Shown one piece after another: positions 9,276 through 18,549 of a stretch of DNA of 49,707 bases; positions within the stretch are counted from its first letter, which is position 1, and each line of letters starts with the position of its first letter. This DNA comes from a virus (Duplodnaviria > Caudoviricetes), in IMG/VR virus record IMGVR_UViG_3300027863_000054, positions 1-49,707 of that record; one strand, given 5' to 3'. A program made the translations under genes and the position numbers. The notes beneath the pieces are model-generated. The model was not told where the DNA came from, made no database searches, and saw only the letters and a list, made by a program, of their open reading frames with translations.

Positions 9276-10996
9276 CAGAAATCTCCTTTATCTAAATCTT
9301 CTAAAAACGGGTCTCCTACATTACGAGTATCTGACACCCTTTCTTTACTTTCAGGAATTGTAACTGTCGTTTTCTTTTCATAGGCTTCAACTAACTTTTC
9401 TATTCCTTGTGATATTCTCTCATTTCCCTCTCTAACTTCTTCTACTAAACTTGTTTCAGGCACTGGGACTGGTTCTAATTTTCTCTCTTCTGGTGGCTTT
9501 AAGAATACTTCAGGTGTCGGCTTTCCAAACTCCTTATTAGCTTGTATTATAGCCTCTCTCAATGGCATACCTTGTGCATTTAACTCTAATGCTCTTGCAA
9601 TCTCTGGTCTTGCTCCTGCTCGTTTCAACTCTGCTACTTGTCTTCTTACTGCCCGTCTTTTTGCCCACCTCTCTACTCCCGGCTGTATCCACTCCCACAA
9701 CTTATCCCCTATAAACTTTCCAACAATCCATCCTGCTAATGCACTCAACGCAACTAAAACAACAGGTAAAATCACAGGTATAATAGATTTAATAAATGCT
9801 AAAATAGCTGGAATCATACCTTTTAACCAACCCATCAAACCTTGCAATATCCCACCAATACCTGCTCCTCCAGCTCCCTTTGTCCCTTTAAGTATTTCTA
9901 TAATCTCAGTAGTCCATCTTGCTTTATAAGCACCCTTGTCAAAAAACTGATACAAAGCTGTTTCTACAGCGCCTACTCCAATTGTCTCAGCTCTACCTCG
10001 ACCAAATCTTGTTGTCTCTGCTCTTCTTCTCTCCTCTCTTCTACCCCTCTCTGTTCTTACTCCTGACATCTGCTCTCTTAAAAAATCTTGAATATCAGGT
10101 GGCAAGTCTTCCATTCTTATTTTTTCGCCACCAATTGTTATTTCAGGTTCTTCTTCCCTCATTCTTTCTTCTCTTACTCTACCTTTTCCCATACCCTTGC
10201 CTCTACGAATTCTCTCTCCACCAGGCATACCTCTTACCCTCACAGGAGCTATTTCTTCTAAATATGCTTCCAATACTTCTTTAGGTATATATGGAGCAAT
10301 TCTTTCAATCTCTGGAGCCTCTTTTTCCCATCTTCTCCTCATCTTAGACTCTCTTTGTTGTTCTTTCCATTCTCTATACTTTCCTATCAAAACTCTGGCC
10401 GCAATTCCCGCAGGTCCTGCTAAACCCCAAGCCATCTGCCTAACCTGTGCAAAAGTAGGACTTTCCCATACTGCTGTTCTTAAAAAACCTTCTGGCTTCT
10501 CAGTCTTTAAAGCCTTTAATCTTCCTTCTACCAGCCTATGTGCTGTAGCAAGACTTCTTAAATCCAACCCTGTATGTATTCTTATATTCTCTAAAACCTG
10601 TTGAAAATTCTTATTCTCTTCTCCTATTCTTATTAAATCTGCAAATTCTTGCTCAATAGCCTTTATTTCTTCAAAAAGTCCTCTCACCTCTTGTTCTGTA
10701 GGTGTTTCTAACCAATCTATTATCCTGCCTATATAAGTTGCTACATTTCTCATTCTATCCTGTAAGGCACTTATCCTTCTATCTACCTCCACAAATTGAG
10801 GTCTAACCTTTACTCCTCTCGGTCCTTTTAAACTCTCCCTAATAACATTTAAATAGTTAATCCATTCACCAGAATACTTTTTTCTAACAGCATCCAATAA
10901 TTCAAAGGACTCTTTTGTAAAAACAGATACACCTTTCTTTAGAAAATCCCCTACCCATTTCGGGTCATACTTTTCTCTTCTCGGAATAAACTTCAT
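9275..10996 (-). CDS. Tape measure-like protein
   Basis: Helical, with a Gly/Ala-rich then long hydrophobic segment (GILQGLMGWL...ALAGWIVG); canonical position. Confidence 0.6.
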   Translation of the reverse strand: MKFIPRREKYDPKWVGDFLKKGVSVFTKESFELLDAVRKKYSGEWINYLNVIRESLKGPRGVKVRPQFVEVDRRISALQDRMRNVATYIGRIIDWLETPTEQEVRGLFEEIKAIEQEFADLIRIGEENKNFQQVLENIRIHTGLDLRSLATAHRLVEGRLKALKTEKPEGFLRTAVWESPTFAQVRQMAWGLAGPAGIAARVLIGKYREWKEQQRESKMRRRWEKEAPEIERIAPYIPKEVLEAYLEEIAPVRVRGMPGGERIRRGKGMGKGRVREERMREEEPEITIGGEKIRMEDLPPDIQDFLREQMSGVRTERGRREERRRAETTRFGRGRAETIGVGAVETALYQFFDKGAYKARWTTEIIEILKGTKGAGGAGIGGILQGLMGWLKGMIPAILAFIKSIIPVILPVVLVALSALAGWIVGKFIGDKLWEWIQPGVERWAKRRAVRRQVAELKRAGARPEIARALELNAQGMPLREAIIQANKEFGKPTPEVFLKPPEERKLEPVPVPETSLVEEVREGNERISQGIEKLVEAYEKKTTVTIPESKERVSDTRNVGDPFLEDLDKGDF

Positions 10997-11160
10997 TTTC
11001 TTTCTCTTTCTGTTCTATTAATCTGTTATACATCCAAGTTATTTCTGAAATATCTTTATCATCAAAATCTGTCATATACAAATAATACCTCAAGTTAAAT
11101 TCTATCTCCAACAATTCTGACAAGGGTCTTGCCAGACGGAATAAGCCATTCAAATCGAAA
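10965..11160 (-). CDS. Small hub-assembly/tail chaperone segment (gp51-like); start uncertain (own ATG at MTDFDD, or frameshift from upstream gene)
   Basis: LLEIEFNLRYYL...ISEITWMYNRLIEQKEKEN resembles the small ORF following gp26-like genes; overlaps the upstream ORF in the +1 frame. Confidence 0.5.
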
Positions 11161-11817
11161 GGGGCAGACCACCACCTCCTCCATCTCACACTTCGGACAT
11201 ACATAAGGTGCTTCCATTACAGGACCGTGATAGAACTTATCGTGAAAACCTCTTATCAAAGCAATATCTTTAGTTAACAGATTTTCTAAAAACGCTACTC
11301 TTTTATCTACTGGCTCATCACTTACAATTGACAATGCATATCTATATAACCAAGAATCAGATTTTATCTTTTCATAGTCAACAACCTTTATCTCGTCTTC
11401 TACTCTAAACAACCGCATATTTAGAACTGTCCCATCTGACAAAGTAATCGGATATGGCTCTTTATAGTCATCAGGCAATTCTTTCACCTCTAACTTTGAT
11501 AAATCTAAAGTAACTACTACTCTCTGAAAGCAATTCTTACAAATAATCTCTGCATCTACAGTAGGCGAATACGAGTTTACTACTTCCCAAACTAAAAGAT
11601 ACAATCTATCACCAATTGTCAACTTCTCAGGCTGAACTCCTACAAGAACATTCTTAAGCAATTCTACAAACTTTTTCTCAAGATTTTCATAGTTCATAGA
11701 AGCAATAAATTTTTCGTCTTTTCCTTTGAAGGCTCTAATTTTTACATCGGCAGGATTTACACTCGGATAAACTAAACACTTACTTGGTAAACTTACATTA
11801 AAATAATTTTCTGACAT
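11095..11817 (-). CDS. Baseplate hub assembly protein / tail assembly chaperone (T4 gp26-like, two CxxC)
   Basis: LPSK..VY...IRAFKGKDEK, LTIGDRLYLL, CKNC and CPKC motifs; between tube and tape measure. Confidence 0.75.
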   Translation of the reverse strand: MSENYFNVSLPSKCLVYPSVNPADVKIRAFKGKDEKFIASMNYENLEKKFVELLKNVLVGVQPEKLTIGDRLYLLVWEVVNSYSPTVDAEIICKNCFQRVVVTLDLSKLEVKELPDDYKEPYPITLSDGTVLNMRLFRVEDEIKVVDYEKIKSDSWLYRYALSIVSDEPVDKRVAFLENLLTKDIALIRGFHDKFYHGPVMEAPYVCPKCEMEEVVVCPFRFEWLIPSGKTLVRIVGDRI

Positions 11818-11861
11818 CTTTTACCTCCTTTATACTTTTTGAAAAGGAGCATCAATAACTT

Positions 11862-12371
11862 TTATGTGCCACTTTCCAAATACATGCCATCCGCACTTAA
11901 ATCTACAGTTATCTTTACTAAATCTTCCCCACCTTCATAACTTAAATCATACTTTGGCACAGCCAGTGGAAATACACCATCTAACTTAAATCTCCTTGTT
12001 TCTTTTCCTGTTTCATCAAATATAAACACATACATAACTTTAGCATAATTTAATTTCGGAAAATAATGCCCATTTTCATCTACTACCAATTTTCTCCAAG
12101 CATAAAAATAACTTCCTACTCTATCAGGAACAGGCATCCAAAAAGAACATCGAATATTATCTATCTTAAAAAAATTAGCAAACTTGGCTTGGTAAGGACC
12201 TAATTTCATTTCTGAAACCTGCTCTATGTTATAATTCCCAAAACTAACTGCGTAGCAATACTTTGAAACTTCTACTCCTGATTCACCTGCTACATCAGGC
12301 AAAAGTATTTCCCAATTGTATCTCTTATGCAGACGCCAATTCTTTACCGTATCAATTGAAATCCCCAACAT
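11862..12371 (-). CDS. Tail tube-like protein 2 (gp19/gp54 family)
   Basis: YNWEILLP, F.AWRKLV, FKLDGVFP...LSYE; paralogous to the adjacent tube gene. Confidence 0.75.
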   Translation of the reverse strand: MLGISIDTVKNWRLHKRYNWEILLPDVAGESGVEVSKYCYAVSFGNYNIEQVSEMKLGPYQAKFANFFKIDNIRCSFWMPVPDRVGSYFYAWRKLVVDENGHYFPKLNYAKVMYVFIFDETGKETRRFKLDGVFPLAVPKYDLSYEGGEDLVKITVDLSADGMYLESGT

Positions 12372-12388
12372 CTAATCTATTCCTCTCT

Positions 12389-12910
12389 TTATGATACTTC
12401 TTCCCACCAATCATAAACAAGCGTTACTGTAAATCTTAAAGGCTCGTCACGCTCATAACTTAACTCAGTCCTACCAATTGTCTTTATCCAGCAACCTATC
12501 AATCTAATTCCCAAAAACGACTCTCCCTTTGTATTTAACAAATTTAACTGAACATCTACTTTTATTGCCGGAACAGGAGACCCTACTCCATCCCTTGCAC
12601 TTACAACCTTTTCAACCCAATTATAAAATGCTTCAAAAATTGCTTTGTCTTCACCTTCAACAAATGTTATTTCCCACTGATGGTCTCCAAAACTAACTTT
12701 ACCAGGATATGCAACTCCTCCTGTCTGCTTATATGGAACAACTATACTTCCTGTATCTCTTGCAGGCAAACTTGTTGACTGAGCTCTCAAAAGCAAAGTC
12801 TCTGTATCAGCACCTCCACCAATTACATTAGGAAAAAGCACCTCCCATAAATAAATTCTTGCAACATTTGATAGATTAGATTTTAGATTGTCCACACCCA
12901 TTCTCGCCAT
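12389..12910 (-). CDS. Tail tube protein (T4 gp19-like)
   Basis: ARIYLWEV, STSLPA, WEITF, FYNW, LIGCW..IG..ELSY, FTVTLVYDWW; follows sheath. Confidence 0.88.
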   Translation of the reverse strand: MARMGVDNLKSNLSNVARIYLWEVLFPNVIGGGADTETLLLRAQSTSLPARDTGSIVVPYKQTGGVAYPGKVSFGDHQWEITFVEGEDKAIFEAFYNWVEKVVSARDGVGSPVPAIKVDVQLNLLNTKGESFLGIRLIGCWIKTIGRTELSYERDEPLRFTVTLVYDWWEEVS

Positions 12911-12935
12911 TTTTTACCTCCTCTTTATACCTTTT

Positions 12936-14537
12936 TTAGAATTGAACTCCTCTTGCAATTAACTCCTCAAACTTTGCACCAGTTTGAGTTATTATCGTCT
13001 GTAATTGTATAAACTCCGCAGCCCTAATTGGTTTAATAAATATATCCACATGCAATTCGTTCCTATCAATTATTGCAGGTGTGTTGTTTCTTGTATCACA
13101 GAGAACTTTAAATCCTCTATCACCAAGTTCTCTCTGGAATGCACCTCTGGCTGAAAGCAAATCCAAGAAACTCTCAATCGTAGAAGTTATTCTAAATCTT
13201 GTTATCTCGTTGTTCGGCTCAAATACAAAATATCTCAATGTAGCAGAAATTGATTTTTCTAACACAATTAAAAGCCTTCTTACATTCACTCTGTCTAAAG
13301 CAGATGCTTTTACTTGCTCTGTCTTTTGACCCCAAATTACATTACCTTCACCTCTAAATGTTTGCAACGGGTTAATTTGAGCTTGATAAAGCACATCTCT
13401 TTCGCCTTGAGTAAATACCTTATTTAGCCCTAACACATTTAAAATACCTCTGTTGAAACCTGCAGGTGCATACCAAGGTTCTGCTACATAGTCGTTATAT
13501 GCAATCTGACTACCTACATATCCAGAAGGCGGAATTTCTATAATCTTGTCGTTGTAAGGGTCATATATTTTTACCCAAGGAGCATACAAAGCACAATAAC
13601 TGGAATTAAAATTCTGTGTAGTCTTTCTCCAGTTAACCATACCAGTTACACTATTAGAAACTTCATAAGGTATATCAAAAATTGCTATACAGTCCTTTCT
13701 TGATTCAGCTACAGATTTCATCTTTTGTTGAACTGCTGTAGATGTATATCCACCATTTAACAAAATCCTTATATCCACATCATCCGGATTTGAAAATTTA
13801 TCCCATCCTTGAACTATTTCGCTGTCAGTTATTGTATCTCCATCAGAACCACCACCTAAATTTAAAACAGTAACTGATTGCTCTTTTGGCATTGTATCTT
13901 CATTTTCTGAAACATCATTTGCAACTAAAATATAGTCACTAAATCCATTGATTCTATCTTCCATATACATCTGACGACCATATCCATCTAACTTATGCTT
14001 TCTTGAAACTGTCCAAGTCTCTACCTTTTCCCAAACATCTTCCTCTGTCAAAACATACACTTCAATGTCAAATTCCTTCTCCGTAGCGTCTAAATTCGTT
14101 ATTTTTATTCCAACAGGATAAGCTCCTTCAGCATTAGCCCACTTTCCCTGGTCTTTTGCATAAACATAAAACAAAATATCATCCTCATCATAATAAATCG
14201 GCTCTGCTTTTCCTGCAGTCAGAGTCTGGTTGTTCTTTGAACTGCCACTTACAGCAATTTTTGCACCTGCGTATAACGCATTTTTAGCAACTCTAAAACA
14301 GTAAAGAGTATTACCATTCTCAAGAAAAGCTAATGCCGTATAGTGAAAATACTCACCTGGCACAGGATATCCATACTCTTCTATAAACTGACGAGTATTA
14401 GTTATTAACTTGATTTCTTTTGTGCTTCCTTTTCTTGAGAACCCTACCAATGCACACGATGTTGTTGCGATATTAGGAATTATCTCACTAATGTCTTTTT
14501 CCCTTACATAAACACCCGGACTTACATAGAATCCCAT
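12936..14537 (-). CDS. Tail sheath protein (T4 gp18-like)
   Basis: SPGVYVREKD, PWYAPAGFNRG, WGQKT, DRVNVRRL, FVFEPNN. Confidence 0.97.
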   Translation of the reverse strand: MGFYVSPGVYVREKDISEIIPNIATTSCALVGFSRKGSTKEIKLITNTRQFIEEYGYPVPGEYFHYTALAFLENGNTLYCFRVAKNALYAGAKIAVSGSSKNNQTLTAGKAEPIYYDEDDILFYVYAKDQGKWANAEGAYPVGIKITNLDATEKEFDIEVYVLTEEDVWEKVETWTVSRKHKLDGYGRQMYMEDRINGFSDYILVANDVSENEDTMPKEQSVTVLNLGGGSDGDTITDSEIVQGWDKFSNPDDVDIRILLNGGYTSTAVQQKMKSVAESRKDCIAIFDIPYEVSNSVTGMVNWRKTTQNFNSSYCALYAPWVKIYDPYNDKIIEIPPSGYVGSQIAYNDYVAEPWYAPAGFNRGILNVLGLNKVFTQGERDVLYQAQINPLQTFRGEGNVIWGQKTEQVKASALDRVNVRRLLIVLEKSISATLRYFVFEPNNEITRFRITSTIESFLDLLSARGAFQRELGDRGFKVLCDTRNNTPAIIDRNELHVDIFIKPIRAAEFIQLQTIITQTGAKFEELIARGVQF

Positions 14538-14554
14538 CTTTTCCTCCTTCTTTC

Positions 14555-14995
14555 TTATGGTTTAAACCCTGCTCTTTTTAAAGCATTTTTTAATTCATCC
14601 CTTAAATCAATAACAATCAAAAGCTCCTGCTTATGTTTCTTCCCATCTAAACCTTTATAAGTTCTCGTGAATAATATCTTATTATGAGCAATAGCATCAT
14701 CATCCCATATTCCAAACATCTTAAGCATATCTTCATCTCTAATCAGCTCTAAAAATCTTTTACGAGTTATCTCCTGATTCTTCACTCTATAAAAAGTATC
14801 TGAATAATAAAACTTCAACTTACCCCATAAACTTATTCTGTCCAGATAGAAGTCCATATTTATATCAAATGCCTGTGGTCTCGGGTCAGGATAAGCAAGC
14901 ATTTCGTGTGGTGTCATCTTAGGAGCTGGAATATCTAACCACTCTTTTATGCCTTTATCTGTCTCTTTTATAATCTCATCAATTAACCTTCTCAT
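14555..14995 (-). CDS. Hypothetical protein with leader-like N-terminus (MRRLIDEIIKE)
   Basis: ORF track; leader similarity; no adjacent SD (see hairpin finding). Confidence 0.65.
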   Translation of the reverse strand: MRRLIDEIIKETDKGIKEWLDIPAPKMTPHEMLAYPDPRPQAFDINMDFYLDRISLWGKLKFYYSDTFYRVKNQEITRKRFLELIRDEDMLKMFGIWDDDAIAHNKILFTRTYKGLDGKKHKQELLIVIDLRDELKNALKRAGFKP

Positions 14996-15003
14996 AAAAA
15001 ATA

Positions 15004-15045
15004 GGGCAAGGAGACCGCCTGATTTATCTGGCGGAGAAATTGCCC
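15004..15045 (-). promoter_or_regulatory. Compound hairpin (GGGCAA/TTGCCC outer, CCGCC/GGCGG inner) followed by a T-tract: terminator or SD-bridging structure
   Basis: Inverted repeats between AGGAGG (15048-15053) and ATG (14995). Confidence 0.6.
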
Positions 15046-15070
15046 ATCCTCCTTTCTTAAAAAATTTCTC

Positions 15071-15099
15071 TTGACATTTTCAAATAAATGAATTATAAT
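15071..15099 (+). promoter_or_regulatory. Perfect sigma70-type promoter TTGACA-N17-TATAAT, antisense to the structural genes
   Basis: ttgaca 15071-15076, 17-nt spacer, tataat 15094-15099. Confidence 0.65.
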
Positions 15100-15752
15100 T
15101 AAACTATTTTAAACTCTACTACTTCTTCAAATAATAACTCTGACGGAATTATATCATTCCATACTCTGACTATTATCTTCTTTATAGTTTTTAATGAAAA
15201 CTGGTCAAATACCCAACCTTCTAACTTTATGCTTTGTTTTACTACAAAATATAAACCTTTATCAAACATCCTTTCAACTGGTGATTCATCTACAACATCG
15301 GATAAAGACATATAAAACTCTATTGGATATAGTTCATTTACCAGTATCTCAAGTCTTGGATTCTGATGTTGCCAAAGCATTATTCTTTCTACTAACTTTA
15401 AAATCTTGTCATAGTCTTTAGACCAATACCAAACATTGTAGTTTAAATCCACTGGAACTGCTTTAAACTCTGTTATGTCTAACTTTGTGTCATCTAAATA
15501 GTTCCCATATAAACCTCTTCTTGCTGTAGGTGTTCTTTGCCTACCCCAAGCAAATTTAAAACTATCAATCCAAACATTTATAAACTCTAATACATTTTCT
15601 CCTCTTTTCTCTGCTATTACCCTTTGTGCAACATCTTTTGGAAATACAACTGTATCTAACTCTATAGTCTCCAAATTTAATATATCTCTTGCTTTATAAA
15701 AAGCTGTTGCCTGAATTCCTCTTGTAATTACTTTTAAAAAACTACTTTCCAT
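15099..15752 (-). CDS. Tail completion / sheath stabiliser (T4 gp15-like)
   Basis: AVPVDLNYNVWYWSK..D.I..L.E and IKLEGWVF...IKKIIV; upstream of sheath. Confidence 0.65.
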   Translation of the reverse strand: MESSFLKVITRGIQATAFYKARDILNLETIELDTVVFPKDVAQRVIAEKRGENVLEFINVWIDSFKFAWGRQRTPTARRGLYGNYLDDTKLDITEFKAVPVDLNYNVWYWSKDYDKILKLVERIMLWQHQNPRLEILVNELYPIEFYMSLSDVVDESPVERMFDKGLYFVVKQSIKLEGWVFDQFSLKTIKKIIVRVWNDIIPSELLFEEVVEFKIV

Positions 15753-15939
15753 TTTCTATCATCAACCCCAGAAACTCTTTCCAAATTTCTTTAACAAATT
15801 CCTCACTTGGCTTACTCAAAGTCATCTCGACCCAATCTTCAAAATATTTTTCTAATTCTTGACCCCTATGAAATCTCTGATAATCATTAAAGCACTTCTG
15901 AGCTACTAATAAAACTGCTCCTCTATAATCATCAGTCAT
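15742..15939 (-). CDS. Hypothetical protein
   Basis: Overlaps both neighbours in the operon. Confidence 0.55.
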   Translation of the reverse strand: MTDDYRGAVLLVAQKCFNDYQRFHRGQELEKYFEDWVEMTLSKPSEEFVKEIWKEFLGLMIENGK

Positions 15940-16153
15940 TTAACTTTCTCCTCTTTTTCTGACCCGGAGCAGGAAATTCACCTATTTCTGATAAATCTAT
16001 CTCTGAACGAATATACTTCTCAATGTCATAATAGTTTTCTACTTCTACATTTTCTAATATCTGTCCCGGTGATACATATACAGTTGTATTCCCTATTGTA
16101 ATAGGAACTGATACTCCCGATACATTTACTAACTTTTTAACTTTTATTCCCAT
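15932..16153 (-). CDS. Hypothetical small virion-associated protein
   Basis: AAGGAG SD, operon position. Confidence 0.6.
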   Translation of the reverse strand: MGIKVKKLVNVSGVSVPITIGNTTVYVSPGQILENVEVENYYDIEKYIRSEIDLSEIGEFPAPGQKKRRKLND

Positions 16154-16436
16154 AATTTACTCCTTTTATAGATATATATTCATTTAACAACCTATCCGAG
16201 ATAGTCTTAGTTTTAAGCAATTCTTCAAATACATCTTTCCTCAACGAACCACTTTTATAAAAATCTCTCCAAAACTGTTTTCTTGCTGTTCTACTTAATT
16301 TATTTTTTAATATCTCATCTATCACTATAAACAACTGGCATAAATCTTCAAGCATTATTCCCAACTTTTGCTCTTGTGTCATCTCTACTGGTTTTGGCTT
16401 TTTAAACAACTTATCTAAAAACAATTTAATTTTCAT
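16137..16436 (-). CDS. Hypothetical protein
   Basis: AGGAGGAG SD, ATGA overlap. Confidence 0.6.
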   Translation of the reverse strand: MKIKLFLDKLFKKPKPVEMTQEQKLGIMLEDLCQLFIVIDEILKNKLSRTARKQFWRDFYKSGSLRKDVFEELLKTKTISDRLLNEYISIKGVNYGNKS

Positions 16437-16867
16437 TTCTTTCTCCTCCTTGGTGCAATCCTACAAATTTTATGAATCTCTATATCGTGAATATGTGGCA
16501 TCTGTATATCTACTACTTCAAACTCATCTACTTTAATATTTTCTGGAACATATTTCAACGGTATTCTTATATAACTTCTTAGCTGAACTGGTATTTCATT
16601 CTTAAACCAAGCCACAATTGGACTCTCTTCTTCAATAAAAATTCCTAACTTTCTTAATCTATGCTGATTAGCAGACCACTCAATATACACTTTTGTCTGA
16701 TATACTGTATAGTCAAATTTTTCTTCTTCTTGAAATACATCTTTAATTTCGTGAACATCATAACTTTTAGGAACATATAACTCACAATCTATTCCGTATA
16801 AATCTATTGCTAAATCACTAAATGTCCTTAAAGCATTAACTGTCCCTTGAGGTATCATCCTACTCAT
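16433..16867 (-). CDS. Neck / head closure protein (T4 gp14-like)
   Basis: AIDLYGIDCELYVP and LRKLGI motifs; near tail completion gene. Confidence 0.6.
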   Translation of the reverse strand: MSRMIPQGTVNALRTFSDLAIDLYGIDCELYVPKSYDVHEIKDVFQEEEKFDYTVYQTKVYIEWSANQHRLRKLGIFIEEESPIVAWFKNEIPVQLRSYIRIPLKYVPENIKVDEFEVVDIQMPHIHDIEIHKICRIAPRRRKK

Positions 16868-17238
16868 TTCATCCTCGCCTCCAACTCATTTATCTTATGC
16901 CTCACTTGATAAATACCACTGTTAAAATTTAAAATTGCTGTGCTAATAACCACTATCAAAGTTACACTACCTAAAATAATAGTAAGCCAATTTAACTTAT
17001 TTTTACTTTCAGATATATCAACCTTTAAACCTGCTATATCTTGACAAATCTTATTACAACCTTTCTCCATAGAAGCTTCTATTTCTTTTACTACCCCATT
17101 GCCCAATTTATCTAAAATCTTTTTCTGGTCTTCTACAATAGTAGATAAAGACATTACAACTCTTTCCATCTGGGCAGCAGTCTTTGTCTGCACCTCAACT
17201 AACATCATTAATTCTTCTTTTGTTATACCTTCTGACAT
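16864..17238 (-). CDS. Coiled-coil protein with one C-terminal transmembrane helix (possibly lysis-related)
   Basis: WLTIILGSVTLIVVISTAIL hydrophobic helix after a coiled coil. Confidence 0.55.
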   Translation of the reverse strand: MSEGITKEELMMLVEVQTKTAAQMERVVMSLSTIVEDQKKILDKLGNGVVKEIEASMEKGCNKICQDIAGLKVDISESKNKLNWLTIILGSVTLIVVISTAILNFNSGIYQVRHKINELEARMK

Positions 17239-17639
17239 TTACTATACCCCCTCTCTGGCGGAATACAAACAAATATTACTTCTGTTTCATCTTCCAATGC
17301 TTTAACAGAATGCAATCTATTAGGTTTTATCGAAGCACATTCCCCTCTGTCTAATACTCTTACAGCACTGTTCTCAAACTGAACTAATATTTTCCCTTTA
17401 CCAACTATCAAATACTCTATAACTCCCTTATGGCAGTGCATAGGTATATAACTTCCTGCTTTGCAATGATACCCTATACCTATCTGATACTCATCTTTCT
17501 CATAAATAGTATTTAATACAGTCCCGCCAGTTTCTATTTCACCTTTCTCTTTTATTTTCATCTCGTTCAATTCTAAAAGTTTATCAATTGTTCGCTGTGT
17601 CTCTTTAATGTTATTTATTCTATCTATCATAGTATACAT
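17223..17639 (-). CDS. Cupin-domain protein
   Basis: PMHCH...EYLIVGKG...GECASIKPNRLHSV. Confidence 0.85.
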   Translation of the reverse strand: MYTMIDRINNIKETQRTIDKLLELNEMKIKEKGEIETGGTVLNTIYEKDEYQIGIGYHCKAGSYIPMHCHKGVIEYLIVGKGKILVQFENSAVRVLDRGECASIKPNRLHSVKALEDETEVIFVCIPPERGYSKCQKV

Positions 17640-17640
17640 C

Positions 17641-18549
17641 TTACCTTACCCCCAAAATCTTTTTCATTATCTCCAACTCTCTATCTGTAATCTCCTCATC
17701 TTTGATTATCTCCTCTAAATCAGAAATCGTCTTCATATACGAATATCTACTCAAAAGCTTAAACAAAGCATTCTTATCTACCCAAGTCTTCATCATCTCT
17801 ATATCAGACAAAGCCTGCTCAGGAGTTTTTGGCATAGAAGCAAACCTACGAGCCATAATCCAATCTTTTTTTGTCTTAAGTAATTCCTCAATACTTGCCT
17901 CAATCTCCTCAAGTTTCTTCTGAAGCTCTTCTTTCGCTTTTTGTCTTAACTCTGGAGACATATTTTTTAGCATACTCTTAATCGTATCATAGTCTATAAC
18001 CTGTCTTTTTAATCTTCCTAATAACACATCCGCAGGTCCAACTACTTTTTCTATATCACTGATTATATTTCTATATACTTCATAAGGGTCAAAGTCAGAA
18101 GAAACTAACTGCGGTTCTTTTAACCATTTCCCATTTTTTAACTCATAAACACCGGGTGATAAGAAATCCTGAGCAGGATTTAGTTGCAAATACACTTCAA
18201 TAGGATGGTCTTGAACATATCCTTCTATTGCTTCCCGATTGTCTTTAAACCACTTAAAGATATCTTTCTGCCAATCTTCAGAAGTCTTCTCTTTTGGCAA
18301 TTTATCCTCTTCAAATATCAAATGCACATCTAAATCTGATGTATCTATATACTGATTACTTGTCAAAGAACCTACTATTCTTATCTCATCTGCACCTGTT
18401 AGGTCAAAATGTGGATACTCTTTTAAAGTTGCCAAAATCTTCTCTTTCACATCGTCTTTAAGCAAATACTGATTATCCTTCTTTGTCCAAATGTCTTTAG
18501 ACAAGTCTTTCTGCGGATAATCAATTATGCTTTCTAAAAGTCTTTTCAT
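17641..18549 (-). CDS. Pol-beta superfamily nucleotidyltransferase with MKRLLE leader
   Basis: GS-x8-SDLDVH (GSLTSNQYIDTSDLDVHL) plus a third acidic residue in PIEVY. Confidence 0.85.
   Translation of the reverse strand: MKRLLESIIDYPQKDLSKDIWTKKDNQYLLKDDVKEKILATLKEYPHFDLTGADEIRIVGSLTSNQYIDTSDLDVHLIFEEDKLPKEKTSEDWQKDIFKWFKDNREAIEGYVQDHPIEVYLQLNPAQDFLSPGVYELKNGKWLKEPQLVSSDFDPYEVYRNIISDIEKVVGPADVLLGRLKRQVIDYDTIKSMLKNMSPELRQKAKEELQKKLEEIEASIEELLKTKKDWIMARRFASMPKTPEQALSDIEMMKTWVDKNALFKLLSRYSYMKTISDLEEIIKDEEITDRELEIMKKILGVR

Noticed and set aside
4010-14537. Stand-alone contractile injection system or tailocin
   Set aside because: Portal, protease, capsid and neck genes are present on the same strand, so it is a phage tail
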